A program made the position numbers and the translations under genes. Below are positions 10,034 through 19,322 of a stretch of 64,000 bases of DNA, one piece after another. The DNA lies in NCBI GenBank assembly GCA_964469905.1, contig CAYXZW010000001.1, positions 134,783 to 198,782 of the forward strand. Direction: 5' to 3'. The notes below the pieces were generated by a model. The model did no database searches, had not been told where the DNA came from, and saw only the letters and a list, made by a program, of their open reading frames with translations. Every line of letters begins with the position of its first letter. Positions within the stretch are counted from its first letter, which is position 1. The DNA is from an uncultured Smithella sp. (lineage in GTDB: Bacteria > Desulfobacterota > Syntrophia > Syntrophales > Smithellaceae).

Positions 10034-12409
10034 TCATTTCTCGTTACGATCCCTTATGCCGTTTACGATTTCCATGTTGCCGTTATTGTTGGACAACGGC
10101 TTAGAATCTTTCTGCATTTGATCGGGGTAATCAATCCGCTGATGAAATATTCCATTGAGTATTCTGGTAAAAGTTTCCGCAATAGTATTTAAGTTCTGAA
10201 GTGTCAACTCACAATCATCAAGTTGTCCGTCGGTATAAATTCGTTCAATTCTTTCTCGCACCAAAGAACGAATTCTGGAAGGAGTAGGATTAGAAAGAGT
10301 GCGCGACGAAGCCTCGACTACATCTCCGAGCATAACAAGTCCTGCTTCTTTTGTCTGCGGTTTCGGGCCGGGATAACGAAAATCGCTTTCAGACAAGGAA
10401 CGGATTGATTCGTCTTTATCCTTTTTTGCCTTATCATAAAAGTAACTGACAATACTGGTACCATGACTTTCACGGATGATGTTGATAATATTTCTTCCTA
10501 ATTTTGCCTCCTCCGCCAGTTCGCAGCCATCTTTGACATGAGAAATAATTATACGACTGCTCATTTTAGGGGATAGTTTGTCATGCTTATTTTCATTTTT
10601 CGGTTGATTTTCAATGAAATAGTGGGGCTTTTTGAGCTTCCCGATATCATGATAATAGGCGCTGACTTTAGCCAGAATGGAATTCGCGCCAATAGCTTCA
10701 CTTGCTGCTTCCACAAGAGAAGCAACAATAATACTGTGGTGATAAGTTCCCGGTGCTTCGATAATCATTTTCTGGAAAATCGGTTGATTAAGATTAGCCA
10801 GTTCTAATAGTTTAATGTCCGTCATAAAACCAAAAATGCTTTCGAATATAGGTGTAATTCCGGCAACGAAAATACCTGTTAAGATACCTCCGGCAAATCC
10901 AGCTCCAAGGCGCCAGAATAAATCAGTAAGAGGATTCCCCGATAATAGATTTAAACAAATAATTGCCGCCATATTAACTATACCCAGAAATACTCCCACT
11001 TTCAGGAAGGCAGATCGATGGCGGCTGTTGACAATTCGATAAGAAGCGGCAACTGAGCCTAAAAAAGAATATAAAGGATAGATAATTTTTCCATCATAGA
11101 GAAAACCAATTAAAAAGGATGAAAGCACGCCGATTATGAGAGCAACATTCCGGTTGATCAGGATGGCCATTATCATCGCTCCCATAGCAAATGGAATGGC
11201 AAAATAACAGGCTTCTACGGAGATAAAAGGAAAAGCCCTGTTTACGGCACTGGATATGAAAATTCCCATTTTAACGAAGATCATCTGCAAAATTATAATT
11301 AAACCGAATACAATCAGATCAACATTGGAGGCATGGGATGATTTAAGCCAGTTTCTTGTGCGCCAGAAATAAAGCACCAGACAGAGAAATAATGATATAA
11401 AGAATATACCGATAATCATGGCAATGCCGGAAAATCTATTATCGCCGGTAGCTTTATAGAAGGCATTTAACTTGGATAGCTCCAGTTGATTTATTTTTTC
11501 TCCCTCGCGAACAATCATTTCGTCTCTTTGAACTTGAAAAAAAACAGGCTTGACATCTTCTATTGCGAGAGCTTTTTTCTTTTCAGTCGCTTCTTTGTTG
11601 AATGTAAGATTGGGTTCGGATATTTTCTTGCAGATAGAGAATATAACTCGCCTCAGACTGTCCTCTTCTTTGGCAAAGTAGATATTTACTTTTTTCCTCA
11701 GTGCAGGATCGATATCTTTCGTATTAATTACCTGGCTAATGTCTCTGAGCTCTCCTTCAGTGCGCGTTTCGAGATTAATCAGAGTAATGCCTTTATCGAT
11801 CTCTTCTTTGCTGAAAGCAGCATTCGTAATATATCTGTTTTCGTAAAAGGAATTAATTAAACGGCTGATTTTCTGATGTAATTCTTTAGAATCCTTGTAG
11901 TCGATTAAAGTATTAAATTCTGCAGGACTCAATGAAAAACCGAACTTAGCTTCTAAGAGTATTTTTGCCCTCTGTCCTTCATTAACATTGATTAAGAGGT
12001 GTTCCGCCGGTTTCTCCTGAGAAAGGTTGCGGCGTAATTCAGATAGGGAATTAAAACCATTAAGCAATTTTGTTTTAATGTTAGTGACCGCGTTAATATC
12101 ATAATCATAGACGGATTTGATATTCTTTCCGGCATCAATCTGCTTTTGTTTTGTTGATTCTCCGTCTTCAACCAGAAATTCACGATCCGCTTTGATATCC
12201 CTGGAACTGATCATTCCTATTTTATATTTCGGCGTTAGTAAGTGAATTTCCGGAGCCAGAATAATTGATAGAATAAGGCAAAGGCCAATAGCAATAAACC
12301 AGCGCTGATAAACTGGATTATTAAGAATGCCAATGGAAAGAAGATGCTTCTCTATAAATATTTTTAATATATTAGAAGCTTTTTTAGCTATAGAATCAAT
12401 ATAATCCAT
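10034..12409 (-). CDS. 7TM-HD membrane phosphohydrolase (PgpH-like HDIG protein)
   Basis: 791 aa: an N-terminal extracytoplasmic region, about 7 TM helices, and a C-terminal HD domain (HHSIIVASL...YYHDIGK). It sits between phoH and ybeY, as in the phoH-yqfF-ybeY arrangement of many bacteria. Confidence 0.85.
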   Translation of the reverse strand: MDYIDSIAKKASNILKIFIEKHLLSIGILNNPVYQRWFIAIGLCLILSIILAPEIHLLTPKYKIGMISSRDIKADREFLVEDGESTKQKQIDAGKNIKSVYDYDINAVTNIKTKLLNGFNSLSELRRNLSQEKPAEHLLINVNEGQRAKILLEAKFGFSLSPAEFNTLIDYKDSKELHQKISRLINSFYENRYITNAAFSKEEIDKGITLINLETRTEGELRDISQVINTKDIDPALRKKVNIYFAKEEDSLRRVIFSICKKISEPNLTFNKEATEKKKALAIEDVKPVFFQVQRDEMIVREGEKINQLELSKLNAFYKATGDNRFSGIAMIIGIFFISLFLCLVLYFWRTRNWLKSSHASNVDLIVFGLIIILQMIFVKMGIFISSAVNRAFPFISVEACYFAIPFAMGAMIMAILINRNVALIIGVLSSFLIGFLYDGKIIYPLYSFLGSVAASYRIVNSRHRSAFLKVGVFLGIVNMAAIICLNLLSGNPLTDLFWRLGAGFAGGILTGIFVAGITPIFESIFGFMTDIKLLELANLNQPIFQKMIIEAPGTYHHSIIVASLVEAASEAIGANSILAKVSAYYHDIGKLKKPHYFIENQPKNENKHDKLSPKMSSRIIISHVKDGCELAEEAKLGRNIINIIRESHGTSIVSYFYDKAKKDKDESIRSLSESDFRYPGPKPQTKEAGLVMLGDVVEASSRTLSNPTPSRIRSLVRERIERIYTDGQLDDCELTLQNLNTIAETFTRILNGIFHQRIDYPDQMQKDSKPLSNNNGNMEIVNGIRDRNEK

Positions 12410-12411
12410 AT

Positions 12412-13449
12412 TTATCCATTGTGGTTATTTCTTTTAGCCTTATCCAGAGGGGCGTATGCTTTAATAATATCCTGCACCAACGGATGACGGACAACATCAA
12501 TATCAGAAAAATGAACAAAGCGAATGCGGTCTATTTTTCTTAAGATATTCTCAGCTTCGATTAAACCGGATTTTTTCTCCTGAGGTAAGTCAACCTGAGT
12601 AACATCTCCAGTAACAATAGCCTTGGATCCATACCCCAATCGTGTTAGAAACATTTTCATCTGTTCTGATGTAGTGTTTTGTGCTTCATCCAGGATGACA
12701 AAAGAATCGTTAAGTGTTCGCCCCCGCATGAACGCCAAAGGAGCTACCTCGATCAAGCCCTTGCTTATTAAAGCAGTTGCCCGCTCCATATCAACCATAT
12801 CATAAAGAGCATCATAGAGCGGACGCAAATAAGGATTAACTTTTTCGGCTAAATCACCGGGTAAAAACCCCAGCTTTTCACCTGCTTCCACAGCGGGACG
12901 TGCCAGGATAATCCTTTGAACTTTCTTTTCCAGCAGAAAGGATACTGCCATTGCCATCGCCAGATATGTTTTTCCCGTTCCGGCCGGACCAATGGCAAAT
13001 ACCATGTCATAATTTCTCATGTATTCGATATAAAGCCTCTGGGCAATGCTCTTGGGTGTTATTATCCTTTTCTTAGAAGATATGAATACAGTATCGAGGA
13101 ATATTCGGGACAACTCAAATGTTATATCTTCGGAAAGAATGCGGTGAGCATAGTCAATATCGGATAGATGAATGTGCCAGCCTTTTTCCATTATGGAATA
13201 AAGCTGTTGTAACAATGTAATAATTTTTTTAGCGTTTTTTTCCGGCCCGGAAACAGAGATATGATTTCCCCAGGCTTTTACCGAAACTGGTTCCAACTTC
13301 TGGATAAGTTTTAAATGCTTATCGCTTTCGCCACAGAGATTTTTCAGCAAATCGTGGTTCGAAAAGGAAAGCTTCTCTGTGAATAATGTTTTAGTTGTAT
13401 GCTTCAAAAGGTTATCTGCCTCTAACTTTAAAATATGGTTTACGTGCAT
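12412..13449 (-). CDS. phoH: PhoH-like ATPase (YbeZ)
   Basis: 345 aa with Walker A GPAGTGKTYLA and Walker B VILDEAQN. Its stop lies 2 nt before the next gene's start. Confidence 0.9.
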   Translation of the reverse strand: MHVNHILKLEADNLLKHTTKTLFTEKLSFSNHDLLKNLCGESDKHLKLIQKLEPVSVKAWGNHISVSGPEKNAKKIITLLQQLYSIMEKGWHIHLSDIDYAHRILSEDITFELSRIFLDTVFISSKKRIITPKSIAQRLYIEYMRNYDMVFAIGPAGTGKTYLAMAMAVSFLLEKKVQRIILARPAVEAGEKLGFLPGDLAEKVNPYLRPLYDALYDMVDMERATALISKGLIEVAPLAFMRGRTLNDSFVILDEAQNTTSEQMKMFLTRLGYGSKAIVTGDVTQVDLPQEKKSGLIEAENILRKIDRIRFVHFSDIDVVRHPLVQDIIKAYAPLDKAKRNNHNG

Positions 13450-13545
13450 ACTACCGGCGGCAAAACAGCCTGATCATTTCAATGCGGTGTTACCATAAAT
13501 TTAAGCGAAAGCTTCTATCACTGTAACTAGCTCATTGCAATACAA

Positions 13546-14787
13546 TTAATCCTGTAAAAATATGTGTGCAAACACTTTAGCGTCACCCAAAATATTGTCA
13601 ATCGGACAGCTTTCATCAGGTTGATGGGCGTTCAGGCTGCTTTTAGACCATACTGCCGCCGGATATCCTTTTCTGCGGAAATAAGAAGCCAACGTTCCGG
13701 CACCGACACCTCCGGTGAATGCTTTGCAGTCATAGACAGCGCTGATCGCTTCTTCCAGAGCCAATACAACCGCTGAATCGGGAGCAGTAGGAGGCGGAGC
13801 TTGTAAATACATAACCGGAGAAACCTCTATTTGCACTTTGAATTTCTTTTCAATTTTTCCTGTAATATTTTTTATTGCCGCAATAACGTCTTCCAGCATG
13901 TAATCAGGAAGTACACGGCAATCAAGATAAAATACATCTTCACCTGGTATTGTATTGATGTTGCCGACATTCGGTTCTTTCTTGGTTGCCTCGAAAGTGC
14001 TGGTCTCAGGATCATAGAGGGGATCAGCCTTAGGAAATATTTTTTTGAGCGAGGAGAGTTTTGTAACCAGGTGTGATGCGGCAACAAAAGCATTGTTGCC
14101 CAGTTGGGGTTTGCTGGCATGGCATTGCTTGCCTTTAGTTTTAAAGGACAGCCACAACATGCTTTTTTCGGCAATCTCTATTAGTGATCCTTGAGAATTT
14201 CCCGAATCCGGAATAATAATTAAATCTTCCCGTCCAAAGAGTTTATCGTTGGCTGCCATCATGGAGTAAAGCCCCTTATGGCCTGATGTTTCTTCATCAG
14301 CAACAAAACCCAAACCAATGGAGTTAGGAGTCGTCAGTCCTTCATCCAGAATTGCCTTGGCTGCAAAAATTGATGCCACCATATCCTGCTGATTATCCTC
14401 CACACCACGACCGAAAAGATGGCCGTTTTTCACATAAGCGGTATATGGATCATGGCTCCAGAGTTTGATTTCGCCGGGTGGAACGATATCGAGATGAGTT
14501 ATGATCCAGACAAATTTAGATTTGTTCCTGCCTTCAACGGTAGCTAGAAAATTAGGCCTGGTTTTCGATGTAACCCTCTCATCAAAAGCATCATAGTGCT
14601 GGAAGTTCTTAAATCCCAGATCGATGAGTCTTTTCTTTAAATAATCAGCTTTGGGTAATTCGCCATCTCCACCATTCTCCGGTCCAACTGCCGGAATTGC
14701 GGTAAGTCCGATCTGTAAATCAATAATGGCGTCTCTGTAGGAATCAATTCTATCTGATATTTTCTTGAATAAATGCTTGTCAATCAT
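13546..14787 (-). CDS. M20 family metallohydrolase (ArgE/DapE-like)
   Basis: 413 aa with an M20 pattern (ITHLDIVPPG, GRGVEDNQQ, FVADEETSG). Substrate is unknown. Confidence 0.8.
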   Translation of the reverse strand: MIDKHLFKKISDRIDSYRDAIIDLQIGLTAIPAVGPENGGDGELPKADYLKKRLIDLGFKNFQHYDAFDERVTSKTRPNFLATVEGRNKSKFVWIITHLDIVPPGEIKLWSHDPYTAYVKNGHLFGRGVEDNQQDMVASIFAAKAILDEGLTTPNSIGLGFVADEETSGHKGLYSMMAANDKLFGREDLIIIPDSGNSQGSLIEIAEKSMLWLSFKTKGKQCHASKPQLGNNAFVAASHLVTKLSSLKKIFPKADPLYDPETSTFEATKKEPNVGNINTIPGEDVFYLDCRVLPDYMLEDVIAAIKNITGKIEKKFKVQIEVSPVMYLQAPPPTAPDSAVVLALEEAISAVYDCKAFTGGVGAGTLASYFRRKGYPAAVWSKSSLNAHQPDESCPIDNILGDAKVFAHIFLQD

Positions 14788-14796
14788 ATTTCTTCC

Positions 14797-16233
14797 TTAA
14801 TCTTCCGGACTTATTAAAACCGGTTGCCCGATAGTGTTTGGTGGCTTTCCGGCTTTTTTGATATTACCTAAAATAAAGGTATTGTTATTTTTTTGATCAA
14901 GATATTTAACGGCAACCCGATACAAATCGTTAACATTGATATTGTCAATTTTTTGTCGATATGTCGTAAGATAATCTGCAGGTAAACCGTCATATTCAAT
15001 TTTCATTTGCTGCCAGGCAATTTGTTGGGGTGAAGTGAAAGAAAAAATAAAGCCATTATTAATGGATTTTTTAGCCCATTCTATTTCTCCATCTGTCATA
15101 GAGTTAGACTGAATATTTTTCAAAACCGAATCGATCAAAGTAAGTGTCTTGAAGGTGGATTCTGTTTTTGTAAAAGCATAGGCGGCAAAAACACCGTGAT
15201 CGGATCGAGCGCGGTAAAAACTACCGGCACTATAGGCCAGACCTTCATTATTACGAACTGCGCTGAATATTTTAGAAGGAAAACCGCCGCTGCCAATAAT
15301 AAAATCAAGAACGGTGAAAGCATAAAAATCCGGATTATTTTTGCCTGGCGCTAATTGGCCACTGATGATGGTTGATTGAGTGATATCTTTGTCAATATAA
15401 AAAAGCCCAGCAGTAGAATTCTGTGTCGGCAGAGGTGGGCGGTTGACAGAATTTTCTCGGTAGCGCCAATTACCAAAATATCGTTGAATTTTGCTTACAA
15501 CTTCTGCGCTACTTATATCGCCGGTTACGGCAAACATGATATTCTGCGGTTGAAAAAAGGTTTCGTGAAATTTGATCAGATCGGCCCTCTGAATATTATT
15601 CAGAGATTTTGCCGAGGCAAATCGGCCACGGGGATTATTGCGATAAATGAGTCGGTTGAATTCTCGAACAGCCAGCTTCTGGGGATCGTCTTTTAATCGG
15701 AGTAATTCTTCGTTTTTTAATCCTTTGGCCAGATTAAATTTGTTTTGCTCAAAAGCTGGAGCAATCAATATTTGCGATAATAGTTCCAGTCCCTGATCTA
15801 TATCATTTTTCAATAAAGAGAAATCGATCTGGGCGTAATCCAGAGCCATGGTGATGGAAGGAGATGCCGCAAGAGAATCAAACGCATTATCAATTTCTGT
15901 GCTACTTATTTTTTGAGTCCCTCCCGTCTTCATCACAGAGGCGGTTAAATCGGCAATACCTTCTTTACCGCTGGGATCAAACATTGTTCCCGTTTTAATC
16001 AGGGCATTGATTGTTACTAAAGGCAATTCATGATCTTCCAGAATATAAAGAATAATGCCGTTTTTAAGAACAATCCGACTGGCCTCAGGCAACTTAAATT
16101 GCAGCGGTGGATAGTGGAGTATGTCGGGAGCCGGCAAATTCGTAACTGCCAGTGCCGGCATTGCCAGAATGCCGATAAATATTATGGACATGATTACTCG
16201 TTGCATATTTAATCTAAGTATTATCAGCTTCAT
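14797..16233 (-). CDS. M16 family peptidase-like protein, lacks the HxxEH zinc motif (probable non-catalytic partner)
   Basis: 478 aa with a signal peptide and M16 fold-like repeats. The position equivalent to HxxEH reads GIADLTASVMKTGG. The start is uncertain (16233 or ATG 16206). Confidence 0.8.
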   Translation of the reverse strand: MKLIILRLNMQRVIMSIIFIGILAMPALAVTNLPAPDILHYPPLQFKLPEASRIVLKNGIILYILEDHELPLVTINALIKTGTMFDPSGKEGIADLTASVMKTGGTQKISSTEIDNAFDSLAASPSITMALDYAQIDFSLLKNDIDQGLELLSQILIAPAFEQNKFNLAKGLKNEELLRLKDDPQKLAVREFNRLIYRNNPRGRFASAKSLNNIQRADLIKFHETFFQPQNIMFAVTGDISSAEVVSKIQRYFGNWRYRENSVNRPPLPTQNSTAGLFYIDKDITQSTIISGQLAPGKNNPDFYAFTVLDFIIGSGGFPSKIFSAVRNNEGLAYSAGSFYRARSDHGVFAAYAFTKTESTFKTLTLIDSVLKNIQSNSMTDGEIEWAKKSINNGFIFSFTSPQQIAWQQMKIEYDGLPADYLTTYRQKIDNINVNDLYRVAVKYLDQKNNNTFILGNIKKAGKPPNTIGQPVLISPED

Positions 16234-16239
16234 TGATGT

Positions 16240-17736
16240 TTAATCTTTCGTTTTATATAACTGAGCGACGGTGCGGTTATCGTTGCTAAAATAAAGATTA
16301 ACCGCGTTCGAAATATCCTTTTGCGAAACCTGATCAAGAACATTTATATAATTAGCAAAATATTTGTAATCACCTAACAGCACTTCATAATAAGATAAAA
16401 TTGATGCTATTTCGGCATTGGAATCAAGGCTCTTAATATATCCCATTCTTAGATGGTTCTTTGCTTTGGTGAGTTCGGCTGCAGATACCGGCTCAGTTTT
16501 TATTTTTTCAATTTCACGGAAAATGACCTCTTCGATTTGAGAATTGGTATGAGGGAAGCGCGGCTGGGCTGATATGACAAACATATTAGGATATCTGGTT
16601 CCCGGAGTGCCATTGGAGGCATTGACGCTCTTGGCAATTCCCATTTCCGTCACCAGCAAGTTGTACAACCGGCTGGTGCGGCCTTTCGTCAGGATTGTTT
16701 CCAGAACATCGAGCACATAGTCGTCATAAGCGGGTGCTGTAGGTTTGTGATAGCCGATAAGCAACATCGGATTAGCATCAAAATTAACAGTTACTCTTCT
16801 TTCTTCTGTTTGTTTAGGTTCTAAATGTATTACAGAGGGCTCATGCTTCGTTGCGGGAATGTCACCAAAATATTTTTCTATAACTTTTAATGTATCGTTT
16901 GTTTTGATATCACCGACAACTGCAATCACAATGCCTTCCGGTGCTTTGTATTTTTGAAATATCTTCTTTACAGAGCTTGGCTTCAGATTAATCATGTCTT
17001 GGGTCCATCCCAGGATCGGCCTGCGATAAGGATGACTCCTATAAGCCGTAGCGAAGAATTGTTCATATAATTTTCCTTGTGGATCGGTTTCTATTCTCTG
17101 GCGCCTCTCTTCCATAATTACATCTCGTTCGGTATAAAATTCGCGGAACACCGGGTTCATCAAGCGATCGGATTCAATTCGGGCCCAGAGTTCAATTTTA
17201 TTGGCAGGAAGGCTGACCTGATATGTAGTTACATCCTGACCAGTCGAAGCATTCATATCCAGGCCGCCGTTTTCAGTGTAGAGCCGGTCTATTTCATTAG
17301 GGATAAGAAAATTTTTCTGACGCTTTTGCAGATTGTTTAACTTTGCAGTGAGCTTTTGAATGCGCTGTTGATCAGCCTTTTGTCCCCGACGTTTTTCTTC
17401 ATCCAGAGCATTGCCTGTCTTCTCTATTGCCGTTAGTATCTTTTTTTCGTGCGCGTAATTTTTTGTTCCGAGAGTTGTGGTGCCCTTGAACATCATATGT
17501 TCCAGAAAATGGGCGGCGCCACTCTCGCCATCAGCTTCATCAACAGCACCGACACGATGACGGATGTAAAGAGAAACAGTAGGGCTTGCATTTCTCTCCA
17601 GCATCAGGACAGTCAGTCCATTATTTAGTTTTGTTTTGATAACTTTCTTTTCCAGATCAAAGCCGTAAGAATTGCCGGCAATAATAAAGAAGAATAAAAA
17701 AGTAAAAATTAATTTAAGAAATTTATTCTCTTTCAT
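16240..17736 (-). CDS. M16 family zinc peptidase (catalytic subunit, HxxEH)
   Basis: 498 aa with a signal peptide (LIFTFLFFFIIAGNSYG) and the inverted zincin motif HFLEHMMFKG. Confidence 0.85.
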   Translation of the reverse strand: MKENKFLKLIFTFLFFFIIAGNSYGFDLEKKVIKTKLNNGLTVLMLERNASPTVSLYIRHRVGAVDEADGESGAAHFLEHMMFKGTTTLGTKNYAHEKKILTAIEKTGNALDEEKRRGQKADQQRIQKLTAKLNNLQKRQKNFLIPNEIDRLYTENGGLDMNASTGQDVTTYQVSLPANKIELWARIESDRLMNPVFREFYTERDVIMEERRQRIETDPQGKLYEQFFATAYRSHPYRRPILGWTQDMINLKPSSVKKIFQKYKAPEGIVIAVVGDIKTNDTLKVIEKYFGDIPATKHEPSVIHLEPKQTEERRVTVNFDANPMLLIGYHKPTAPAYDDYVLDVLETILTKGRTSRLYNLLVTEMGIAKSVNASNGTPGTRYPNMFVISAQPRFPHTNSQIEEVIFREIEKIKTEPVSAAELTKAKNHLRMGYIKSLDSNAEIASILSYYEVLLGDYKYFANYINVLDQVSQKDISNAVNLYFSNDNRTVAQLYKTKD

Positions 17737-17962
17737 TATTGTTTATCTCATCATTTTGCTTGGGAGGGAATATCCGGAAAAACAAGTAAATCAGACCGGC
17801 GACGCAAACCAGAATTAAAAGCGACGCAGAAAAGAAATACATGACAAATTCAATGGGGTTTTGTAAACGATAGCAGCCAATCAATGTGTTAATTCCAATA
17901 ATCAAAAAAAATAAAGAAATAAATAAAACTGCAATATTCTTAATCCAGATTAAAACGGTCAT
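17723..17962 (-). CDS. Small hypothetical membrane protein (2 predicted TM helices)
   Basis: 79-aa ORF. Its ATG directly abuts the upstream TAA (TAAATG), and its end overlaps the M16 start by 14 nt. It has two hydrophobic stretches and an acidic tail. No family recognised. Confidence 0.45.
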   Translation of the reverse strand: MTVLIWIKNIAVLFISLFFLIIGINTLIGCYRLQNPIEFVMYFFSASLLILVCVAGLIYLFFRIFPPKQNDEINNNERE

Positions 17963-19321
17963 TTATATTGTCCGAATTTTGTTTTTCCGCAGATCAGTTT
18001 TTAATTCATTATAAACAGCAACACTAAAATCATTGTTCCGGCAGGGCAGCAATGAATTGTTATGATATAGCGGTTCGCTCTGAATGTCAAAGGGTGATAA
18101 TGCAACTGCCTGATCCCACATTTTTGTTCCGGGAATCGGTGAATACTCCGCCAATATCGGTTTTGCTCCACATCTCCTCACATAATTAATACTGTCAATA
18201 ACTTCTTCCGCTTTTTGGCCTGGTAATCCGCAGAGCAAATATATACCGATATCATCTGTAGAATACCCGGCATTTTTTAGAAAATTTACAGCATGCTTCA
18301 ATTCTTCGTTTTTAACTTTTCCGCCTGTTTCCATTTGCCGCTTAAAATCGGAAGTTTCGAAGCCGAAACGAATAGTCTTAAATCCGGAATTGTAAAGTAA
18401 AATGCTAATATCTTGGTTGATTTCCCGTAAATGCAAACCGTTTGGGCAATGGAAACAACAGGATAAATTTCTTTTTTTAATCTCTCTGAGTAATACTGTA
18501 ATCATTTCTTCAGGATTGATGAGCAGAGCATCATCGTAAAAAGTAAAATTTTTTACACCGAAATATTTCTGCCAGTATTCGATTTCATCGACGACTTTCA
18601 GCGGATCACGTCGCCGGAATTTATCGTTAAAAATATGTGAAGCGCAGTAGCTGCAGTCAAAGGGACAGCCGCGTGATGTCATAATCGGGATCTGTTCGAG
18701 TCTGCTTGACAGATCAAATGCAGGGTAGGGGAGCGCGTCGAGACTATCCGGATCATATTCAAAAGACGTTTGTTCATTAAATAAATCTTTCATCAGTTGG
18801 AGAACGCTTTTTTCACCACTTCCTTTGATAACATAATCAGCCCCGGCATATTTAACTGCATGCTCGTAACATAAAGTAGCGTATTTTCCACCCAAAACAA
18901 TGGGTACATGCGGCATAATCTCCTTAATTATTTTAATCGCTTCTAAAACACCGGGATACCAGTAGGTCATCAGCGTGGTAATTAAAATAATGTCGGTATC
19001 TTGATGACAGCTAAGCTCGTAGCGAAAAACATCCGGCGTAATTCCATAGCGGCAGTAATTTCTGGTCATCATTTTTAATTTTTCCGGTTTTTCAATGACC
19101 TGCCGGAAGAATTTACCGTCTCCATAAGCCTGACGTCTAGGCTTTTTACCGATATTTTTCATGGCGGGATGGTAGGGATCAAGACAGTCAATAAAACATA
19201 TTTTATGATTATTCTGACGCAGCAGGGAGCCAATATATAGAAGTCCCAGAGGTTTTAACCAGAAATCGTATGCTGCAAAATCGTGTATCCAGGGATTGAT
19301 CAAAAGGATTTTCTTGCTCAT
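17963..19321 (-). CDS. B12-binding-domain radical SAM protein
   Basis: The N-terminal KILLINPW...LGLLYIGSLL is a cobalamin-binding-like Rossmann region. The radical SAM motif is SRGCPFDCSYCAS. I prefer ATG 19321 (MSKKILLINP), 1 nt after the PilT-like stop, over the track start at 19360. Confidence 0.8.
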   Translation of the reverse strand: MSKKILLINPWIHDFAAYDFWLKPLGLLYIGSLLRQNNHKICFIDCLDPYHPAMKNIGKKPRRQAYGDGKFFRQVIEKPEKLKMMTRNYCRYGITPDVFRYELSCHQDTDIILITTLMTYWYPGVLEAIKIIKEIMPHVPIVLGGKYATLCYEHAVKYAGADYVIKGSGEKSVLQLMKDLFNEQTSFEYDPDSLDALPYPAFDLSSRLEQIPIMTSRGCPFDCSYCASHIFNDKFRRRDPLKVVDEIEYWQKYFGVKNFTFYDDALLINPEEMITVLLREIKKRNLSCCFHCPNGLHLREINQDISILLYNSGFKTIRFGFETSDFKRQMETGGKVKNEELKHAVNFLKNAGYSTDDIGIYLLCGLPGQKAEEVIDSINYVRRCGAKPILAEYSPIPGTKMWDQAVALSPFDIQSEPLYHNNSLLPCRNNDFSVAVYNELKTDLRKNKIRTI

Positions 19322-19322
19322 T

